In this document: piece by piece, positions 59,100 to 64,000 of the stretch | Position numbering within the stretch: position 1 is the stretch's first letter | How the letters are laid out: every line of letters begins with the position of its first letter | DNA from: a virus | Taxonomy: Duplodnaviria; Caudoviricetes | DNA: 64,000 bases | Virus record (IMG/VR): IMGVR_UViG_2885633469_000002 | Span: 32,001 to 96,000 of that record | Reading direction: 5' to 3' (one strand) | Made by a program: the position numbers and the translations under genes | The notes under the pieces: generated by a model | What the model was told of the DNA's origin: nothing | The model's database searches: none | What the model saw: only the letters and a program-made list of their open reading frames with translations

Positions 59100-59690
59100 G
59101 GAAAATCACTCCTTAAAGAAAAGTATAGTTAAAGTATACCATATATAAATAAAAAGATATAGGTTTGTTTTAATCCAATTAAACAGAACTTTAACTTTAC
59201 TTCACTTATTATTTTAATAGCTTTTACTTAACTTTACTTTAAAATAATAAGTGTATTACATTTATTATTTTTAAATAAAAGATAAATGGTAAAAATATTT
59301 TAATTCAAAATATAAATCTTAATAACTATTGTTTTAATTATATTTTAATACCATATAAGTTCTATTTAAATACTATTATTGTTCTATTTTAAGTATAATA
59401 AATATTAGTTATTCTTACATTTCAATTCAATTTAAAGTATTTTATAATTCTATTTATATTCTATATAAGTTCTAAATTATTACCATTTTCATACTAAATA
59501 AATAATAAATAAATACTATTTTATAACACTATTGCATATACCACTATAATATAGTATTATATTGGTAAGGTTAAATAAGTTCTAAGTTATTTCCAAATAA
59601 GTTACAATTTAAGCATAAAAGCTTTCTACATTAATCAGCTTTAGTTAAAACTTTATTTTATTTTATTACTTAATTGATTAGAGGTGAGTT
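59100..59690. promoter_or_regulatory. AT-rich intergenic region, candidate tubC centromere and divergent promoters
   Basis: Recurring taagttcta/ttctat and ttaactttac motifs between tubY and tubR. Confidence 0.45.
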
Positions 59691-59696
59691 ATAAAT

Positions 59697-59984
59697 ATGG
59701 ACTCTGTCATATTTACAGAAAACGATTATAGGATATTAAAAGCTATAATTGATAGAAATGACAATAAAAAAGGTTTGTGTAAAGGCAATGGGACTACGAT
59801 TAAAGAAATTATAGAAAAAACTTGTTTGTCAGATAAAAAAGTTAGACAAACATTAAAAAGATTTGAAACATTAGAATTTGTAAGTAAAGGATTAAAAATT
59901 GTAAAAGCAGATACTTTTTTACTTACAGAAAAAGGTTTTGAAGAATTAAATAGTTTAAGAGAAAATATTTTTGGGGAGGTATAA
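59697..59984 (+). CDS. tubR: TubR-like winged-helix centromere-binding protein
   Basis: 95-aa wHTH (TTIKEIIEKTCLSDKKVRQTLKRF) directly upstream of tubZ. Confidence 0.75.
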   Translation: MDSVIFTENDYRILKAIIDRNDNKKGLCKGNGTTIKEIIEKTCLSDKKVRQTLKRFETLEFVSKGLKIVKADTFLLTEKGFEELNSLRENIFGEV

Positions 59985-59987
59985 TAT

Positions 59988-61055
59988 ATGGAAAAAGAGA
60001 AAAATCTAATTATAGGTTGTGGAGGAGCAGGCAATAGACTGGCAAATACTTTAATGAACTTAGATAGGCGTTATACCACTATATTTTTAAATTCTAATAT
60101 GAGTGAAATGGAAAATTTAAAACACTTTGATAGCGAAAGACGTTGTTTTTATATTCCTAACGCTGATGGTTGTGGCAAAGACATGGATAAAATGGAAATG
60201 TTTTGTAAAGAAGAAGCTCCAAAATTTATGGTTATGATAAAAAAATTCACAACTCATAAGTATGTTACATTCTTAACTAGTGCAAATGGTGGAACAGGTG
60301 CTGAGGCAACTATTATGTATTCAGAGTTAATAAAAAAAGCTTGTCCAGAAAAATCTATAAATGTAATAGCAACTTATCCTTCTTTAACAGAAACAAGTAT
60401 TGATTTTGATAATGCTACAAGATTTTGGAATGAAATGATAAATCTTAAAAAGAAAGGCTATATTGATTCTATAAGATATATAGATAACAATAAAGGTGAT
60501 GAGGAAGAAATAAACATAAGAGCCATGAAGGAATTAAATGAAAGTTATGACATGGCAAATGGTAAACTAGACACTACTGATTCAGCAAAAGTACATTGTA
60601 CAAACGGATATAAAGTATATTTAAAATTAGATAAAAATTGTTCTGATTTGGAAGAAGCCATAGATAAAGCTATAAAAGAAAGTGTTTTCTATATGCCTGA
60701 TATCTTTGAATGTGATAAAATGATTGCAGACATCAACACACAAGATTTTGATTCACAATTAATTGAAGAAGAATTTGAATATTATGATTTTGGTAAATTT
60801 AACGAAAATACAAATGGAGAAACCAAAATACTTTTAGGCGGTTGCGAAATGCCAAGAGAAACTATTGAATTAGTACGTGAAGCATTAAAAGAAACTAAAA
60901 AAAGAAAAAGAAGAAGAAATATCCAAGAGGATTTAATTATAAGAACAGAAAATAACGAAGATAAGAAAGAAAATATAAAAACAAAGACAAAAACTAGATT
61001 GTCAGCAGATGATTTAAATAATATGTTTGCGGATGACAGTTTTTGGGATGATTAA
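59988..61055 (+). CDS. tubZ: TubZ tubulin/FtsZ-like partition GTPase
   Basis: IIGCGGAGN, DGCGK, SANGGTGA signature; acidic C-tail. Confidence 0.9.
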   Translation: MEKEKNLIIGCGGAGNRLANTLMNLDRRYTTIFLNSNMSEMENLKHFDSERRCFYIPNADGCGKDMDKMEMFCKEEAPKFMVMIKKFTTHKYVTFLTSANGGTGAEATIMYSELIKKACPEKSINVIATYPSLTETSIDFDNATRFWNEMINLKKKGYIDSIRYIDNNKGDEEEINIRAMKELNESYDMANGKLDTTDSAKVHCTNGYKVYLKLDKNCSDLEEAIDKAIKESVFYMPDIFECDKMIADINTQDFDSQLIEEEFEYYDFGKFNENTNGETKILLGGCEMPRETIELVREALKETKKRKRRRNIQEDLIIRTENNEDKKENIKTKTKTRLSADDLNNMFADDSFWDD

Positions 61056-61112
61056 TAATACAATTAAATTAATATTTATACATTAAATAGGTTTTTAGTT
61101 AGCTTTAAAGGC

Positions 61113-61141
61113 AAGTAGGTGTTTAATTTCAGCACCTACTT
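61113..61141. terminator. Probable bidirectional terminator between convergent genes
   Basis: aagtaggtg/cacctactt stem. Confidence 0.65.
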
Positions 61142-61169
61142 AACCCTACCTGAAAAAATACCTAGTGAA

Positions 61170-61808
61170 TTATGATACATTATTTACTTTAAACATTACT
61201 CTCTGAATTTCATTACTTTTTAATTTGAAAAGTAAAAACTTAATGTCATTTTCGTTCATCAACTCTAAATTTTTAACACTTCTTGCAACTTCAATACTGT
61301 TTTTATTAAACTTGCCTGTAGAACATATAATACCTTTATCAGCATTAAACATTTGCATTGAACCTAATAATTTAAAACAAATATCTCTACCAATACAACT
61401 GTTTTTATCATAATATTTACATTCTACATAAGTAGTTTCAATTACTCCATTCACTTTTCTTTTTAAAATAATATCTCTGCCATAATCGTGAGTAAATTTA
61501 GTTAGTTTAACATCATAATAACCTTGATATTTAAATACTTCTGCCATCATTACTTCAAACTGTCTAGGTGTTAAATAGTTTAATTTACTTATTAACTCAT
61601 TTAAATTATATCCGTTATTATAGCTTATATTGAAGTTTCTAATTAATATGGGTAAATATTTAATTCCTTTATACATTTCCATACAAATATAACGAATCAT
61701 TTCAAAAAATCTTATTGTAAATTTAAAAAAGTTTTTTTCAAATTTGCTTAATTTTATAATATTTAATAAATTATAATTGCTTTTATAGAATTTTGTTCTT
61801 TTTTTCAT
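61170..61808 (-). CDS. Mrr-like restriction endonuclease domain protein
   Basis: LTPRQFE..GY..DYGRDII..VECKYY PD-(D/E)xK motif. Confidence 0.8.
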   Translation of the reverse strand: MKKRTKFYKSNYNLLNIIKLSKFEKNFFKFTIRFFEMIRYICMEMYKGIKYLPILIRNFNISYNNGYNLNELISKLNYLTPRQFEVMMAEVFKYQGYYDVKLTKFTHDYGRDIILKRKVNGVIETTYVECKYYDKNSCIGRDICFKLLGSMQMFNADKGIICSTGKFNKNSIEVARSVKNLELMNENDIKFLLFKLKSNEIQRVMFKVNNVS

Positions 61809-61943
61809 ATATACCACCTCAGTTATATATATCTATATTATAGACAAGAAATAATATTATATTCTATAAATAGTAGTGTCATTTTGGGGTGTTACTGCAT
61901 AGTATATATTAATAGATAAATAAAGAAAGGATGAATATATATT

Positions 61944-62117
61944 TTGTATACTGTAGTAATTATAGGAACAGGCTTCATTGTAGGCATAATTAGATGTTAT
62001 ATATATAAGAAAAATAAAAATTCTAATAAGATTCAATATTATAATTATAGTAAGTATGCAGTTAAATATAAAAGATTAAATAATAATATAAACCAACAAT
62101 CAAAAAATATATTTTGA
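61944..62117 (+). CDS. Small membrane protein, 57 aa (absent from ORF track)
   Basis: TTG start; MYTVVIIGTGFIVGIIRC hydrophobic segment followed by basic tail. Confidence 0.35.
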   Translation: MYTVVIIGTGFIVGIIRCYIYKKNKNSNKIQYYNYSKYAVKYKRLNNNINQQSKNIF

Positions 62118-62130
62118 TTAGATAATGTAG

Positions 62131-63657
62131 GTGAAATTTATGGATTTTATAAATAAAAATATTAATAAACAAAGTAGTAAAATTAAGCAAGAAAAATCAA
62201 AAGAAGATGAAATAAAAATAAATCAATTAATTTATAATTGGAAAAATACTTTTGGAAATTTAGAAAAATGGAATAAAGAATATAATGGATATACACTTTC
62301 TAATATTAAAGTAGAAACATATGGTTTTAGCTCTAGAGTATATGCTCCTTGGGGAATGAATCTTTTTGCACTTAGCAATTATACAGATATTATTGAAACA
62401 GGGTGTAAATGCGAATTTTTATATGAAATTCCTCAACATAGACAATTTGCTTTAGCTAAATTCATATATCCTGAACAAATAAAAATTAATAGTTGGGATT
62501 TTACTCCTGTTAAAGTTAAACCATATGAGTTTTGCCCAGGTTATGATATAACAGGGAAACCAATAGTTTTTAATCTAAATAACTCCCCACATATTTTAGT
62601 GGCTGGACAACAAAGAAGAGGGAAAAATGCTTCTGTAGATAACGCAATAGTTTCATGGATATATTCTTGTACTCATAGAGAAATAATGTTTTACATGTTT
62701 CAATGTGCTAAAAATGACCTTGTAAAATATAAAGAATGTAGTCAAGTTTATTGCTATGCAAGTACTTTAGGTGAAATTTTAATTGCCCTAAAACATTTAG
62801 AAAAGGAATTATTCAGAAGAACAAAGCTATTTGAATCAATGGTAAAAAAAGCTGATGGTAATGACAATATTTTTCATTATAATAAACTACATCCTTATAA
62901 TAAATTACCTTATATTATAGTTATTATAGATGAATTTATAGAACTCATGCCTGATAATTCAACTGATGATAAAGATATAAAAATAATTAAAAATGAAATA
63001 TTAAAAAGGCTACAAATGATAGGTCAATGGGGAGGTAGTTTAGGTATTAACTATTGCCCATTACATCAAAAACCTTCTGCTAAACTTATGCCACCTTTTA
63101 TTAAAAATCAATCTAGTATTAGAATATGCTTTGGATTTGAAGACTTAGTATGTTGTGCAATTGTTTTAGGGGATGAGTTAGCAAAACATGCTTATAAACT
63201 TCCGCCTAGAAAGGCATATTTCTCAAATAATGAACAAAATGGTTACCTATACACTCCTAATTTAAAAGGTCGCATAAGAATGTTTATAAAAGATTCCATT
63301 AAACCAAATCATAGAAATTTATTCAGTGATTTAGAAAAATTAAAATCTTCTAATAAGAAATTACAGATAAATAAAACTTCATTAAGTAAAAATATTCAAA
63401 ATAAAGAAGATTACTTACATAAAGATAAGGGAGTAGCACCAATTCCTAAAAATATAAATAAAAACTACACTAAAGAACTTAACTTTGATAAAGTAGACCC
63501 TTTCAAAAGTACATTCGATAATAAAAAATTAATTAATAATATTAAAAATAACATTCCTAATTTTGTTCCATATAATGCCAAAACAAATCCCGAAATAATA
63601 ATAGATAAAACTAAATTTGACCCATCCAAAACTAAAAAACCCATTAAAAATAAATAA
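62131..63657 (+). CDS. FtsK/SpoIIIE-domain ATPase
   Basis: PHILVAGQQRRGKN (degenerate Walker A), LPYIIVIIDEF, HQKP motifs. Confidence 0.8.
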   Translation: MKFMDFINKNINKQSSKIKQEKSKEDEIKINQLIYNWKNTFGNLEKWNKEYNGYTLSNIKVETYGFSSRVYAPWGMNLFALSNYTDIIETGCKCEFLYEIPQHRQFALAKFIYPEQIKINSWDFTPVKVKPYEFCPGYDITGKPIVFNLNNSPHILVAGQQRRGKNASVDNAIVSWIYSCTHREIMFYMFQCAKNDLVKYKECSQVYCYASTLGEILIALKHLEKELFRRTKLFESMVKKADGNDNIFHYNKLHPYNKLPYIIVIIDEFIELMPDNSTDDKDIKIIKNEILKRLQMIGQWGGSLGINYCPLHQKPSAKLMPPFIKNQSSIRICFGFEDLVCCAIVLGDELAKHAYKLPPRKAYFSNNEQNGYLYTPNLKGRIRMFIKDSIKPNHRNLFSDLEKLKSSNKKLQINKTSLSKNIQNKEDYLHKDKGVAPIPKNINKNYTKELNFDKVDPFKSTFDNKKLINNIKNNIPNFVPYNAKTNPEIIIDKTKFDPSKTKKPIKNK

Positions 63658-63694
63658 AAATTTTATAATATTGTTTATAAAAGGAGTGACTCTT

Positions 63695-64000
63695 ATGCCT
63701 TTGAGAATATATTATACAGATGAAGATCATAAAATACTACAATTTGTTGAAGAATATGGTTCTATAACAATTAAACAATGCCAAAATATGTTCTATAATA
63801 GACAAGATAAAGGATATGAAATGGCTAGAAGACATTTAGCAAAACTAACTAATTATGGAAAACTTAAAATGGCAGTTAGAGATTTTAATTGTGGAGGTAG
63901 AAATGTTTATTATATAAACAAAAAACTTAATTTTCATAATTTATTAACCTTAGATTATTATTCAAATTTAATAAAACATGGGGCTAAAATTGTATACTTT
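63695..64000 (+). CDS. Partial replication-relaxation-like protein
   Basis: AGGAGT RBS; MPLRILYTDEDHKILQFVEEYGSITIKQCQNMFY..ARRHLAKL; typical partner of FtsK in plasmid-like phages. Confidence 0.55.
   Translation, partial: MPLRIYYTDEDHKILQFVEEYGSITIKQCQNMFYNRQDKGYEMARRHLAKLTNYGKLKMAVRDFNCGGRNVYYINKKLNFHNLLTLDYYSNLIKHGAKIVYF

Noticed and set aside
53611-61808. Cognate restriction-modification pair (MTase plus Mrr-like nuclease)
   Set aside because: The genes are about 7 kb apart in separate transcription units, and nothing in the sequence links their specificities.

Overview
Very AT-rich 64 kb segment of a large temperate Clostridium-type siphophage or plasmid-prophage. Its gene content is SPbeta/c-st-like and almost all genes are on the minus strand. 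Reading right to left: an FtsK-like plus replication-relaxation-like gene pair, an Mrr-like nuclease, a TubZ/TubR/TubY type III partition locus, a Rep-like gene, an antirepressor, a mini IS200/IS605 element fused to a group II intron remnant, a DNA methyltransferase, a YonO-like single-subunit RNA polymerase, HU, PhoH-PIN, tRNA-Trp and a second antirepressor. Then come terminase, portal, capsid and tail genes, with a moron block (Cro-like HTH, TenpIN type III toxin-antitoxin, membrane protein) before the tape measure gene, followed by tail tip, baseplate and adhesin genes. The most striking item is a radical SAM/SPASM enzyme plus two CxC-repeat Cys-rich proteins embedded in the tail operon with no transporter, protease or RRE, suggesting post-translational modification of a virion component. 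Other notable items: a TenpI array with a covarying variant pseudoknot, an orphan omegaRNA whose guide is group II intron sequence, a c4-like anti-RBS RNA upstream of an antirepressor, and an unassigned pseudoknotted ncRNA. All product calls come from motifs and synteny by eye; no searches were run.
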